The notes under the pieces were generated by a model, which did no database searches, was not told where the DNA came from, and saw only the letters and a list, made by a program, of their open reading frames with translations. The translations under genes were made by a program, and so were the position numbers. A DNA stretch of 64,000 nucleotides from Candidatus Bathyarchaeota archaeon (lineage in GTDB: Archaea; Thermoproteota; Bathyarchaeia; Bathyarchaeales; Bathycorpusculaceae), in assembly GCA_963782525.1 (NCBI GenBank), contig CAWAKC010000012.1:1-64000 (forward strand), in the 5' to 3' direction. Numbering within the stretch: the first letter of the stretch is position 1; each line of letters opens with the position of its first letter. This document shows positions 1 to 10,369 of this stretch, one piece after another.

Positions 1-642
1 TACAGATAGAACAACAACATACAATTTTGTAACGTTTAGAACCTTAAATGCGAATTTTTTCTATAGCATCATATAAGCAAAGCAAAGTCAGTTAATGTTT
101 TGAGGTCTCTCACCAATACTCCCTTCTCCTTGTAAAAGCAGGGACCTTCCTAAGCTCTCTCTAACGCTAATCATAGTAGCCACTAAATAGGGTCCAATCA
201 GGTTTGCGCGCACGTACTTGTATAAGTTGCTAATGAGTTGGAGCAGATTTTTCATGTGGGATGAAGATTTTGTGAATGTAAATGTTTACTATAAAGCTTA
301 ACAATTGATGCAAAAGGCTGGACCCTTGAGCAGAAATGATTAGAAATATCAGAAGATTTCAAAAAGCTCCGAGTTCCTAAATACTACAAAGTATTGACCA
401 CAGCACAAATCACTAGCCAAGGTTCTCGGATGGTCTATTAACAGACATAATAAAGAAGATGAATAGAGACGCTAAGCAAAAATTGAATATTACAGCGCGA
501 ACAAAGAAGGGGATTTATTCCCGGACAGCGCCTACGCAGACTTTTAATTCTGAACCCAAAATTTAAAGGGAGACTACTTTTTTGGCAGTAACTTTTATTT
601 GGGTAATGTTTTATGTGTTGTATGTTCTGGGCTTCTTTGGGT

Positions 643-719
643 GCCTCGATAGCTCAGCCCAGTAGAGCGGCTGCCTTGTAAGCAGCAGGCCGCGGGAGCA
701 AGGCCCGCTCGAGGCTCCA
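643..719 (+). tRNA. tRNA-Thr(TGT), CCA encoded, atypical D/T loops
   Basis: Acceptor GCCTCGA/TCGAGGC + T + CCA; anticodon stem GCTGC/GCAGC with loop CTTGTAA; T-stem GCGGG/CCCGC. Confidence 0.9.
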
Positions 720-735
720 CAAAACAAAAATTTTT

Positions 736-966
736 TTAGACTTCTGGTTCGGGTTCTTCTGCTTTGGCAGCTTTGGGGTCTTTTCCCGTGAGCGAGTACT
801 TGCGGGCTTTGGTCGCGATGATTTCATGTTCAAAGAACTTTTTTAGTGATTTGAAAACTTTTTTGCAGGGTTCCCCTGTTTTGTCTGTTAGTTCTTGAAG
901 TGATAATTCTTTACCTTCTGCTTTGAGGGTTTGGAAGACTTTTTCGTCAACTTTGTTTAGTTTCAT
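736..966 (-). CDS. small winged-helix (wHTH) protein
   Basis: 76 aa; LSLQELTDKTG..KVFKSLKK..G/H..Y wHTH pattern. Confidence 0.7.
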   Translation of the reverse strand: MKLNKVDEKVFQTLKAEGKELSLQELTDKTGEPCKKVFKSLKKFFEHEIIATKARKYSLTGKDPKAAKAEEPEPEV

Positions 967-1100
967 TCCAGTCCACTGCCTTGTCTTATTTTCTTTGTTT
1001 ATTGGCAGGTGGCTTTTTCAAGTTTGCGGTACTTTGGCAAAAAATAGGTCTTGCTCTTATCATTGGTCGTTTTAGGTGAATCAAGTTGGTCGACGACACA

Positions 1101-1730
1101 TCAAACTTGCAGTTTACCCATAAGCACTCGAAAACCGCTTTCCCGAGTCGCAACCTCGCAGCCGCCGAAGGTTTTCACAAAAAGCGCAGGCAAGATTTTT
1201 GCGCCGATTTTGGAGCGAATAACCATTTGAAAACTTGCTTCTGGCGTCATCACTTTGGGGGCACCTGCAACAATTGCCTTCACCGTCTCCATGCCTGCAC
1301 TCACAGGAGGATTCGACAATACACAACTGAACTTAAATTCTTCGACTGGTTCATAAAAAAACCCGTATCGAACAACTGTGTTTGTTACCCTGTTTAGAGC
1401 AATGTTTTTCTTGGCTAACCGTACCGCCCGCGCATTCACATCCGTCATGACCACATGCAACTTGGGCTTAAACGACGCAACAGCTATACCGACCGCACCG
1501 TATCCACAGCCGATGTCAAGAACGCAGCCTTTTTCAGGCAAGACCATGGATTCGATGAGTAATCTAGTGCCGCTGTCAACTTTTCGCTTCGAAAAAACAC
1601 TTGATGCAGTTAAAAACTCGAAGGATTTTCCGCAAAGACACGTTCGAACAAGCCCGAAGCGTTCCTGCGATTTGGGAGTGGACGAAAAATAGTGTTCAAC
1701 GCTATTTTGGTCTTTGTTCATGTGCGGCAC
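1101..1730 (-). CDS. RsmC/MTS-family small class I SAM methyltransferase (probable rRNA m2G MTase)
   Basis: EHYFS, VFS..VDSGTRLL, VLDIGCGYG, SNPP motifs; true start probably Met at 1721. Confidence 0.88.
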   Translation of the reverse strand: MPHMNKDQNSVEHYFSSTPKSQERFGLVRTCLCGKSFEFLTASSVFSKRKVDSGTRLLIESMVLPEKGCVLDIGCGYGAVGIAVASFKPKLHVVMTDVNARAVRLAKKNIALNRVTNTVVRYGFFYEPVEEFKFSCVLSNPPVSAGMETVKAIVAGAPKVMTPEASFQMVIRSKIGAKILPALFVKTFGGCEVATRESGFRVLMGKLQV

Positions 1731-2727
1731 CTGTCTTCCAAACCTTCGGGTAAGTGCCCCTAGGCATTAGCACACGAGACAAAGTAGCAACAGCGCCATG
1801 TTTGAGTTCAAGGATTTCGTCTGTTGAAACAAGAGCCTTTGCCAACGCCACCGCCTCGCCCTTGAGCGTAAAGATTGCAACTGTGGAACCCTTCACAATA
1901 CCCGTGTCGACCTGCAACACACCGGGCTCAGTTAAGTTGGCTCCGTGGCAAAGTGCGTCAACAGCTGAGTCGCGAACAATTATTTTGGGAATCTGCATGA
2001 GCGCTACTTCCATGGGTTCGATAAATTTGCATAGAAGTGCCTGTTCTTTTTTGGCTTCGTATTCACCAAACCAGTATGCGACATCGTGGAGGGTGACTTT
2101 TTTGGCGCTGGATTCGATGAAAGGTCCTGCACGGGTTCGGCGGAGTTCTTGCATATGGGCGCCGACGCCGAGGATTTCGCCGATGTCAAAACAGAGTTTA
2201 CGGATGTAGGTGCCGCCTTCACAGCCCACTTTGAAGAGGACGTTGCGTCCATCCGTCTCCATGTACTCGTTGTAGTAAATGCGTCTGGTACGTAGTTGCC
2301 TTTTAACTGAGGAGCGCAGTGGGGGGCGTTGATAAATTTCATCTTCAAATTCCGCGAGAACCCTTTTTATTGGGTCTTCGGCTACATCGCCGTGAAGTTT
2401 CATGACGCAGACGTATTCTTTGCCGCTGTAGAGCAAGGCTTGAACCATCTTGGTCGCATCCTCCAGAGTGATTGGTAAAATGCCTGTGACTTTGGGGTCA
2501 AGAGTCCCGCCGTGCCCAATTGCTTCAAGGTGCATAATTCTTTTTACCCATGCCGCAACCTCGTGGCTTGTGGGTCCAGCAGGCTTATCGAGGTTGATGG
2601 TGCCGTAGCGTATGTATTCTTTTGCTGGACGCTCCGAGGGCTTACAACCATATTTTGGGTCCGTAGAATCCTGTGCTTTAGTTAACAGTTCACGCTTGGT
2701 TTCCCATGGAGGGGTTGTTCTGGGCAT
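1702..2727 (-). CDS. cbf5: H/ACA RNA-guided pseudouridine synthase Cbf5
   Basis: LDKPAGPTSHEV, HGGTLDPKVTG, GTYIRKLC, C-terminal PUA domain. Confidence 0.97.
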   Translation of the reverse strand: MPRTTPPWETKRELLTKAQDSTDPKYGCKPSERPAKEYIRYGTINLDKPAGPTSHEVAAWVKRIMHLEAIGHGGTLDPKVTGILPITLEDATKMVQALLYSGKEYVCVMKLHGDVAEDPIKRVLAEFEDEIYQRPPLRSSVKRQLRTRRIYYNEYMETDGRNVLFKVGCEGGTYIRKLCFDIGEILGVGAHMQELRRTRAGPFIESSAKKVTLHDVAYWFGEYEAKKEQALLCKFIEPMEVALMQIPKIIVRDSAVDALCHGANLTEPGVLQVDTGIVKGSTVAIFTLKGEAVALAKALVSTDEILELKHGAVATLSRVLMPRGTYPKVWKTGAAHEQRPK

Positions 2728-2787
2728 TCTATGCTTTGCTCTCCTAAACAGGATAAGAAAAAGAAATAGAAGTATTAAAGCTTAAAA

Positions 2788-3063
2788 TTATGTGGTTTTA
2801 GCAGCGGCTTTTTGTGGAAGTTGACCAGCAGCTTCAAGGGCTTGAGTAACTTCCTCATCTGACGCGCCCCGTTTAACCTCTATTTTGTCTGCGAGGGGCG
2901 TAACGTGGTTTATATTGACTCTACGCCGTCTAACGCCTGAAACTTTTTTGGGTCCCGTAACTAAGACGAAGCTCTTGTCCATGACGTCGATAATGACGCA
3001 TCTTTTGCCACTTTCTCTGCCGATTTGTTTTGTGCATATTCTGCCGACTTCAATAGCGGGCAT
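2788..3063 (-). CDS. rpl14e: 50S ribosomal protein L14e
   Basis: MPAIEVGRIC.K..GRE.GK..VIID..D..FVLVTGPK; start set at ATG 3063; usual position before cbf5. Confidence 0.95.
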   Translation of the reverse strand: MPAIEVGRICTKQIGRESGKRCVIIDVMDKSFVLVTGPKKVSGVRRRRVNINHVTPLADKIEVKRGASDEEVTQALEAAGQLPQKAAAKTT

Positions 3064-3327
3064 GTTTTGTATCTCCAAAAACCAATAAACGGAGAATCCA
3101 TATTTAAGCATAACATCAACTAAAGGCAGAAAAATGGAAATACATTGCCCGTTTTCAACATGCTAATACACACCTACAAAAGTCGATAAACCTTACTCCC
3201 TTTAGGCTTTTGAAGTTAGGCGTATTTCTTTAGGTTTTACTGATGGAGGCCTCGTCCGCGGTAATTGGTGATTTATTGCCCAAAGTTTTAAAGCATCCAA
3301 TTCGAACTATGTTGGTGCAAGTTCACA

Positions 3328-4395
3328 GTGGTCCATTTGAGTTTAAACTACCATTACATGCAGCTTCCCCGCGAGGTTATAGTTGGAAAAGGCACCCTCA
3401 ACCGCATTCCTGAAGTAGTTAAACGACTAAACCTTAAAGGAAAAGCCCTCGTCCTTTCTGATACACAATGTAATGAGCTTGCAGGGAAAACAGTCTCTAA
3501 ACTTTTGATTGAATCGGGTTTAACAGTGGATTTTGTCGCCATTAAAACCATGTCGATGAAAGATGTGGAGAAGCTTGAAGACCAAATTAAAGATTTAAAG
3601 CCTCAAATTCTGTTCGGCGTTGGCGGCGGAACCATAATCGACTCCGCCAAAGTCAGTTCAGGTAGCCTAAAAATTCCCTTCATCAGCGTCCCAACGACCG
3701 TCTCCCACGACGGCATAGCCAGTCCTCTTGCTTCAATAAAAGGCTCGGACAAACCGTTCTCGATTTTAGCGCAGGCACCGTTGGCCATAATCGCTGACAC
3801 AGAAATAATCGCTAAAGCGCCTTGGCGTTTTGTGGTCAGCGGTTGCGGAGACATCATCGCCAAATTCACTGCTGTTAAAGACTGGAAACTTGCACACATT
3901 GAAAATGGCGAATACTACGGCGGATACGCAGCAAGCTTGGCGTTAATGAGTGCGAAACTGGTCACGGAGAACGCAGAGTTGATCGTTTACAGGCAGGATG
4001 AAGGTTTACGAGTGTTACTCGAAGCCTTAATCAGCTGTGGAGTTGCCATGAGCATCGCAGGCAGCAGTCGTCCTTGCAGTGGCTCCGAACACCTTTTCAG
4101 CCACGCACTAGACATCATCAACACAAACCATGCCATGCACGGTGAGCAATGCGGCGTCGGCACCATTTTAACCTCTTATCTCTACAGGGCAAATTGGCAG
4201 GGCGTCAAAAAAACCCTGAAACAACTGGGTGCACCCACAACAGCCGCTGAATTAGGCGTCAAAGACGCAGATGTCATAAAAGCGTTGGAGATGGCGGCTA
4301 AAATAAGGCCTGAACGCTATACAATTTTGCATAAACTTAACCTCGAAGCTGAAGCCTGCGAGAAAACAGCGAAGGCAACAGGAATAATCAACTAA
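3328..4395 (+). CDS. egsA: sn-glycerol-1-phosphate dehydrogenase
   Basis: GVGGGTIID, PTTVSHDGIAS, SRPCSGSEHLFSHALD, HGEQCG, RPERYTIL. Confidence 0.96.
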   Translation: MVHLSLNYHYMQLPREVIVGKGTLNRIPEVVKRLNLKGKALVLSDTQCNELAGKTVSKLLIESGLTVDFVAIKTMSMKDVEKLEDQIKDLKPQILFGVGGGTIIDSAKVSSGSLKIPFISVPTTVSHDGIASPLASIKGSDKPFSILAQAPLAIIADTEIIAKAPWRFVVSGCGDIIAKFTAVKDWKLAHIENGEYYGGYAASLALMSAKLVTENAELIVYRQDEGLRVLLEALISCGVAMSIAGSSRPCSGSEHLFSHALDIINTNHAMHGEQCGVGTILTSYLYRANWQGVKKTLKQLGAPTTAAELGVKDADVIKALEMAAKIRPERYTILHKLNLEAEACEKTAKATGIIN

Positions 4396-4772
4396 ACACG
4401 TATTGGTTGGATTAATGCAAATATGTTTCCTTCTGGATCTTCGGCGGCGTCTATCCAGCCGATTTCTGGAACTTCTTGTTTGGGCTGACTTACCTTTCCG
4501 CCCAGCTTCTCAATCTTTGTTAGAAAATCGCTGATGGATTCGACGGCGGAGTAGTTTAATGGTTTGCTCTCGGGCACCTGCTTTTTGTAGATGCCGCCGT
4601 TGACGCCTGGTCGCAACAGCTGCCGTTTGGGTCTACGGGAACGGTTTGGATTACCCAGTACTCGATTGGCCCCGTGACTTGGATGATTTTCCAACCGAAA
4701 ACTTCCTCATAAAAAGCCTTAGTTTCAATATTTGTTTGCGGGGATTTCAAAATGAATTAAGGTGTGGTCCAT
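4392..4772 (-). pseudogene. VOC/glyoxalase-family protein, frameshifted
   Basis: MDHTLIHFEIP / FYEEVFGWK / GVNGGI / KIEKLGGKV..PKQEVP.IGW...EDPEGN spread over several frames. Confidence 0.75.
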
Positions 4773-4949
4773 CTTTTTTTTAACCTCCATTCAAGTTAAT
4801 GGTAGTAAATGTCGGATGAAGAAGTGTACTATTACTATGAAGTAGTTGATGGATTTATCTTTTATTTTTCAGCTAAAACGCCATGCTAATTGCTGCTTCA
4901 AATTGAAAAAATTAAAAACTTAAAAAAAGATGGTTTGGGTTGAAAATGT

Positions 4950-5816
4950 TTATGCCTTAGTTGCTTTTACAACTTTAGGGGCTTTTTCTGTTTTTGGGGC
5001 TTTTTCTGTTTTTGGGGCTTTTTCTGTTTTTGCGTCTGGAGCAGGTTTGGCTTCTGGCTCTTCTTCTTTTGCCGCTGGAACTGGTTCTGCCACTGCAGGT
5101 TCTGTTGCTGGAGCAGCTGCGACTGGTTTAGGTTCAGCTTTGAAGGTTTCAACGAATCGTGTCTCGGTTAATTCTGGAACAAACTTCTGGATATCCATGG
5201 CGATACCGCGTTTAGCTATTTGTATTCCTTCGACGTAGAAGGTTTCTTCAGGCATATCTATGGTTAAATCAACGCCTTTTATAGTTAGTTTGAATTTGTT
5301 TTCTTCGACAACTGGGACTCTGCGGTGGATTATGGCGCCGATTTTCTGTTCAGCTAAGTCAAGTTTTTTTGTTATGGTAACGTCGTAGATGAGGGTTCTT
5401 CCTGCTAAGGGTGCGTTGAAGTCGAGAAGGACTCTACCTGCGCCGACGGAGCGGATGGTGGCGTTTTTTCCTTGAAATTCGATGCGTGCGCCAACCACTG
5501 GGTTGATTTCTTTTGCGTAAAGTTGTTTGATTGAGACGCGTTTGATTTTTTCTGGGTCTCTTTGTCCGAAGCCTTTGTCGGGTGAGATTTCTACCGTGCA
5601 AGGCTTACAAATTTCCATGGTTGTTAGTGCGTCATCCAGGGCTTTTAGCACCCAGCCTTCACCGACAACGACGAGTTCGGGCTCGTGTATTTGTCCTTCT
5701 TTATGCAGATGCTCTTTTTTTGCGACTTCATCTTTTGTTGTGTCGAAAACTTCGTTTGTTTCCTTAACTTTGGCTACATAATCGATTAGTATGAAATCTC
5801 CTTTTTGTAGGGTCAT
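4950..5816 (-). CDS. long-type FKBP peptidyl-prolyl cis-trans isomerase (SlyD-like)
   Basis: GDFILIDY, VFDTT, P.KGFG.RDP, GRVLLDFN.PLAG; Pro/Ala/Lys-rich tail. Confidence 0.93.
   Translation of the reverse strand: MTLQKGDFILIDYVAKVKETNEVFDTTKDEVAKKEHLHKEGQIHEPELVVVGEGWVLKALDDALTTMEICKPCTVEISPDKGFGQRDPEKIKRVSIKQLYAKEINPVVGARIEFQGKNATIRSVGAGRVLLDFNAPLAGRTLIYDVTITKKLDLAEQKIGAIIHRRVPVVEENKFKLTIKGVDLTIDMPEETFYVEGIQIAKRGIAMDIQKFVPELTETRFVETFKAEPKPVAAAPATEPAVAEPVPAAKEEEPEAKPAPDAKTEKAPKTEKAPKTEKAPKVVKATKA
4978..5031. repeat. 3 x 18-bp perfect tandem repeat encoding (KTEKAP)n
   Basis: GGGGCTTTTTCTGTTTTT at 4978, 4996 and 5014. Confidence 0.95.
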
Positions 5817-6407
5817 CTTGAATCATCCTTTATCTTGACGGGGGACTTTAAGTTTCAAACGCGCATAAAAACTTTGTCTAAGCAAAAACACTTACAGTTT
5901 TTCGGATATACAACGCGTTATATTTTTAATACGTTGCAAAAGGCTAAGTTTCTTTTGGATGAACTTCATCTGAAGATATCTGTTTCAAAATAATTTGACA
6001 AATACTTCAACAGTCTTCACAAACATCGTTACCATATCTTAGCGCCAGGATTTTTTTGGGTTGCTTTACAGATTTCACATGTTCCCTCTGGCGCCTATAA
6101 GAAATGCGTGACTTGAGGAAACAGATTTTTTGCTTTTATGAGTAGATTTTGCTGGTAACATTATTTCATTTTTAGTTTGTTTATTCATTCAAATCTTTCC
6201 TCGGTAGCCAAATTGGGCTCTTTAACTTTAACTTTAACATTTAAGACTTATCTCAAAAATCAAACAAATCAGGTTTTCAGAAAACTTAACTTGATGAAAG
6301 TGCAAGGTACCAACGACATACTTATTCTTATTACCAAAGCTTACGTGCCACATGTAAGCGCCAAAGGGTGCACCCAAGCAAACTATAGATGATCAATCTG
6401 GCAACTG

Positions 6408-7505
6408 CTATTTTTTGCCTTTTGCTGCTTCCAGTTTAGTAGGCAAATACTCGTCGACGATGTAGGTTAATCCGTAGCGGCTGAAAGCTTCAAGTTCCGT
6501 CTTTCGCTTAATCTTGAGGAACATCTTGATTTCACGTTGCCAAACGGGGTCGTTTTGGTATCTTGGATCCTTTTGCAACTCGTAGAGACGTTTAATGTCT
6601 ACTTCGTCAAGCGGGTCGGTGGGCAGTTTGTATTCGACGATGTCGCTTGCCCATACTCCACTCCAAACTGCGTCGGGTGTGTTTAAGTCTCGCAGGTGTG
6701 CAGCGTTGGCTGAGCCGGATATGATGACTTGGGCAATATGCATTCCCCATGGATCGCCGTCGGTGAGGATGAATACTGGTAGGCCGAGTTCGTCGTGGAG
6801 TCGGCGTATGAAACTTCGGGTTTGTCTTGGCGCTTGACCACCGCAGGAAATTAGAAGCGACTTGTGTTTGTTGTGGACGTTTTCTTCAATGAATCTTGTG
6901 AAGAGGGCGCCTTTCTCGATGGCTATGACTTTATCAGCGCTGGTTTTTATGAACTCTGAAGAGGTTACCGCTGGTCCAATGAGTACGCCGTCTGGGTGGC
7001 TGGTTAAATTCACCGTTTTACCTTCATAGCCGGGAACAGTGTAGCCGATGTCTAAGTCGCCGAAAATTGCGCTGCGTTCTTCGGGAAATATGCTGAAGTC
7101 TTCTCGTGCAAAGCCTGTGAGGGTTTCAAGGTCGGTGATGATGTTGTTTGATTCTTGTTGGTCAGTAAAAGTCATCTCATATGCTTGAGCCGAATAGTAA
7201 ACATCTCTTAACGTTGAGGTTTTGCGTTTGCTGGTTAATTCATTGCTAAACATGGCACACCATGCGAGTTGAGTAAAGGGTTTGATGTGGCGGATGTTGC
7301 GGGCGCTTCTGCCAACGTTTTTCTCACCGAGGATGTATTGGCGAAGTGTGGGGTCATAGTTGATGTTTTCTGTGGAGCGGCTTGGCATGTTAATGGTTGG
7401 AAAAACGCCTTGGTCCAATTGATTATAGATCGAGGTACCAAACGTTTTCAGCGCTGCAAGAACTTCCAGTTTTCTTTCAGTTATCTTAGCTTTCTTCTGC
7501 TCCAT
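6408..7505 (-). CDS. top6A: DNA topoisomerase VI subunit A
   Basis: STLRDVYY (catalytic Tyr), IAIEK, GQAPR, TDGDPWG Toprim motif; start set at ATG 7505. Confidence 0.96.
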   Translation of the reverse strand: MEQKKAKITERKLEVLAALKTFGTSIYNQLDQGVFPTINMPSRSTENINYDPTLRQYILGEKNVGRSARNIRHIKPFTQLAWCAMFSNELTSKRKTSTLRDVYYSAQAYEMTFTDQQESNNIITDLETLTGFAREDFSIFPEERSAIFGDLDIGYTVPGYEGKTVNLTSHPDGVLIGPAVTSSEFIKTSADKVIAIEKGALFTRFIEENVHNKHKSLLISCGGQAPRQTRSFIRRLHDELGLPVFILTDGDPWGMHIAQVIISGSANAAHLRDLNTPDAVWSGVWASDIVEYKLPTDPLDEVDIKRLYELQKDPRYQNDPVWQREIKMFLKIKRKTELEAFSRYGLTYIVDEYLPTKLEAAKGKK

Positions 7506-9012
7506 ACTTCTGCACACTCTTAAGTAATTTATCTATGTCAGGCTTCCGCTCTAGCCCAGCTAACGTTGTTGAGAACTCGGCGATTTTGGGTAAGTATTTG
7601 CTGAAGATACCGAGGCGTTTCTTTTCCATGTGCACGTGTTCTTGTTTGGCTAAGAAATGCTGCAGTTGACGTGCAACTTCGCGCAGGGCGTTTGCGACTT
7701 CTCTGCGTACTTCGGGGCGGTCGGAGATGAATTCTTTGCCTACGGTTTTGTAGGGAACTTTGGTGCTACATATGTGCACCACTATTGCGATGGGCATTTC
7801 GGGGGCGACTTTATATCTGCGCCAGTTCATGGCTGCGATTACACGGTAGGAAACGTCGCTTGCTTCGTCGTAGAGTAGGGGGATTTTGTTGGCAAATCGA
7901 TAAATGACGAAGGTTCCACGTTTTGGAACATCTCCGCCATAAGCCATAGCTAATTCAACGATGAATGGGTGACCAGCATAAGTGGATGGTTTACGTTGAT
8001 GAACCACAAGGTACTCGGGCTTGAGTTCTTTTTGGATACCAGCTTTAAGCAGGTCTTCGCCGAGCGGTGAGAGGCAACTGGCGTCCGGAGGAAGGAAGTC
8101 CTTGTATTTTTTGAGGTTCTGCATTAAACGTACGATTTCTTCGTGGGCTAGTTTTTTGGGGTTTTTGTTAGGTGGGATGCCTGCGAAGGCGAGGAATTTT
8201 TGAGCAGTGATTTCTCCGACTCGGTGAAAATGCCCTTTCAAGAAATCTGACATGTTTGTGAAGGTTGTTATTTGAATGAGGCGTTGAAGGAGCTCTACGT
8301 CGACGCCGTATGGGTGGGGCATGGTTTCTTTAGGCGGTTCAGGCATGACGCTAGTTGCCCGTGTAAACTTATAGAGCCGACCTTTAGGGTCAACAAAAGT
8401 GATGTTTGCGTATGGGTTTACCATAGCGGTTTGTTTGAAGTACTCTATGATTTTGGGCATGGCACGCAGGTAGTCGCCTTCGAGAGTGAACTCCACGATA
8501 GTGCCGCGCCATTGGTCTTTGTTTATGAGGACTTTGCGGTCTAAAATTATTGGTTTGTTTCGCTGGATATCAATCATTAATTTGAAGCTGTAAATTTTTT
8601 CTTGACCAGTGCTCGAGGTGACAAAAACAGGTTGGTGCGTGGTGATTTGTCCATAGAGCACTGCCATTTTGCCCCCTAAGCCGAAGGTGCCTCTTGCTTG
8701 TTTGAGTTTGTATTTGCTACCGTAGAGTACTTGGCCAAAGGCTGATGGGATGAATCGGGGTGGAATTCCGCTACCGTTGTCTTCGACGCGGAGCTTGTAA
8801 ATTTGGGTTTCTTTTGTGGCCTCTCCCTCGTAAGATAAACGAACGTAGACGTCTGGAGGGATTTTTTGGCTCTCCGCTGCATCGAGTGAGTTTTCCACGA
8901 TTTCTCGTATAGCAACGAAGATGGCGCGTGATGGGTTTGTTAATCCTGCAATGTCTCGGTTACGATAGAAAAAGTCTGACGCGCTGATTTCTTCAAAGGT
9001 TGCTTGAGCCAC
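7486..9012 (-). CDS. top6B: DNA topoisomerase VI subunit B
   Basis: REIVENSLDA, EDNGSGI, GSKY..QARGTFGLG GHKL motifs; RFANKIPLLY. Confidence 0.97.
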   Translation of the reverse strand: MAQATFEEISASDFFYRNRDIAGLTNPSRAIFVAIREIVENSLDAAESQKIPPDVYVRLSYEGEATKETQIYKLRVEDNGSGIPPRFIPSAFGQVLYGSKYKLKQARGTFGLGGKMAVLYGQITTHQPVFVTSSTGQEKIYSFKLMIDIQRNKPIILDRKVLINKDQWRGTIVEFTLEGDYLRAMPKIIEYFKQTAMVNPYANITFVDPKGRLYKFTRATSVMPEPPKETMPHPYGVDVELLQRLIQITTFTNMSDFLKGHFHRVGEITAQKFLAFAGIPPNKNPKKLAHEEIVRLMQNLKKYKDFLPPDASCLSPLGEDLLKAGIQKELKPEYLVVHQRKPSTYAGHPFIVELAMAYGGDVPKRGTFVIYRFANKIPLLYDEASDVSYRVIAAMNWRRYKVAPEMPIAIVVHICSTKVPYKTVGKEFISDRPEVRREVANALREVARQLQHFLAKQEHVHMEKKRLGIFSKYLPKIAEFSTTLAGLERKPDIDKLLKSVQKYGAEES

Positions 9013-9307
9013 TTGCCGCTTACACCACTTTCCCCGTTTTTAGTTTGCAGAGTGCTTAGTATATTTGCTTCTGGTTCTTTAAGTTAACTACACTCTGGGG
9101 AGCAAACTCTTATTCTAAAAACAGATTATAGCATGCTTGAATGGAGAATTTTGCTTTAAACATGTAAAATATTCGCTAATTATCAGTCGGCACCTGAGAA
9201 AGACCGAAAAAATTATGTTAAAACTCTCAAAGCTATGAAAAAGAGAAGAAGAAAATGACAGGTAAAAAGTAGCCTTGCAATAGCTAAAAGCAGTTCTCAA
9301 GTTGTCT

Positions 9308-9766
9308 TTATGCTTCAATCTTCTGCAAGATTGATTGTGGCTTCATAATCAATGATGATTTCTCGGTTGTTGCTAACTCGTAGTTGCAGGTGTTTTTTAT
9401 GGCTTTTTTTGGGCAGCTTTCAGCACATTGATAACAGAAAACGCATTTGGAAAGGTTCAATTGCGGGCGCTTTTTTCCATCAACCGTAACCATTTCAATT
9501 GCCTTTGCGGGGCAATCTCTGCTGCATAAACCACAGCCTATACAAGAAGAAAAATCAAAAACAGGTTGTCCACGAAAGTTTTCTGATAATTGAGGCTTAA
9601 CATAGGGGTACTTGATTGTTGCTGGCTCGGTAAAAAAATATGAGGCAGCACTCTTAAACATTTGAGGTATACGATTTTTTTTCGCCAATTTTTTTACGCC
9701 ACCATCTAATTTTTTTTGGGCAAAAACACTAAACTTTGTTGGTGGTGGTTTGTCTTTGGCTGGCAA
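9308..9766 (-). CDS. 2x[4Fe-4S] NuoI/hydrogenase-subunit-like ferredoxin (orphan)
   Basis: PAT.KYP..FRG, CIGCGLCSRDCP, CVFCYQCAESCP; real start may be MFKSAAS. Confidence 0.85.
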   Translation of the reverse strand: MPAKDKPPPTKFSVFAQKKLDGGVKKLAKKNRIPQMFKSAASYFFTEPATIKYPYVKPQLSENFRGQPVFDFSSCIGCGLCSRDCPAKAIEMVTVDGKKRPQLNLSKCVFCYQCAESCPKKAIKNTCNYELATTEKSSLIMKPQSILQKIEA

Positions 9767-10102
9767 GAATATTGAATTCTTGCTCCGTTGGTCTTAGTTC
9801 GATGAGAGCATAAGGTGCGGAGATCGCTTGAATTTTGCTTTTGCCTAATAATATATAAGATTTTGCGGCTTTAATTGTTTGTGGTTTTTCGGCCTTTTTT
9901 TTGGACGTTTGTACAGTTTAAAAGATTTTGGTAAGGTATTGCTTGATAGCCGCGAATTTCACTTACACTAAACCCTCCCGTCATCCGCAAGGTCTTTTGA
10001 ACTGACACTATAAAAACTCAAGAAACGCTTTGTCTGTCCCCCTAAAATTTGGAGAAAAGAGCATGAGAAAAAGCAAGTCTACGCTAACAGGAGACATATC
10101 CT

Positions 10103-10369
10103 ATGGGTAAAACCGTTGAGTCATACCGCATGGCGTTAGAAGATGAGATACGCAGGTGGAGCGGTTTTGAGAAAGCCCTGAGAACGGAAGATCGAGAAGC
10201 CTTTGAAGAGTTGATGGATGCTTGCCGAAACTTTGCTTCAGCAGGAAGCAACGCAACCCAACCCATACTCTTTGAACCCATGATACTTTCAATCCTGCTT
10301 CACCTGCAGAAGAAGATTATGCGGTTAGAGAAGAGACTAGATGCAGCCCAGCGAGCAGCGACGGGTTAG
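10103..10369 (+). CDS. small helical PolB2-associated protein (arCOG07300-like)
   Basis: MGKTVESYRMALEDEI.RW..F..ALR.EDREAF.ELMD; overlaps the polB2 start, the known context for this family. Confidence 0.8.
   Translation: MGKTVESYRMALEDEIRRWSGFEKALRTEDREAFEELMDACRNFASAGSNATQPILFEPMILSILLHLQKKIMRLEKRLDAAQRAATG

Noticed and set aside
1-640. AT-rich left end
   Set aside because: No supportable ORF or structure; possibly degraded sequence.
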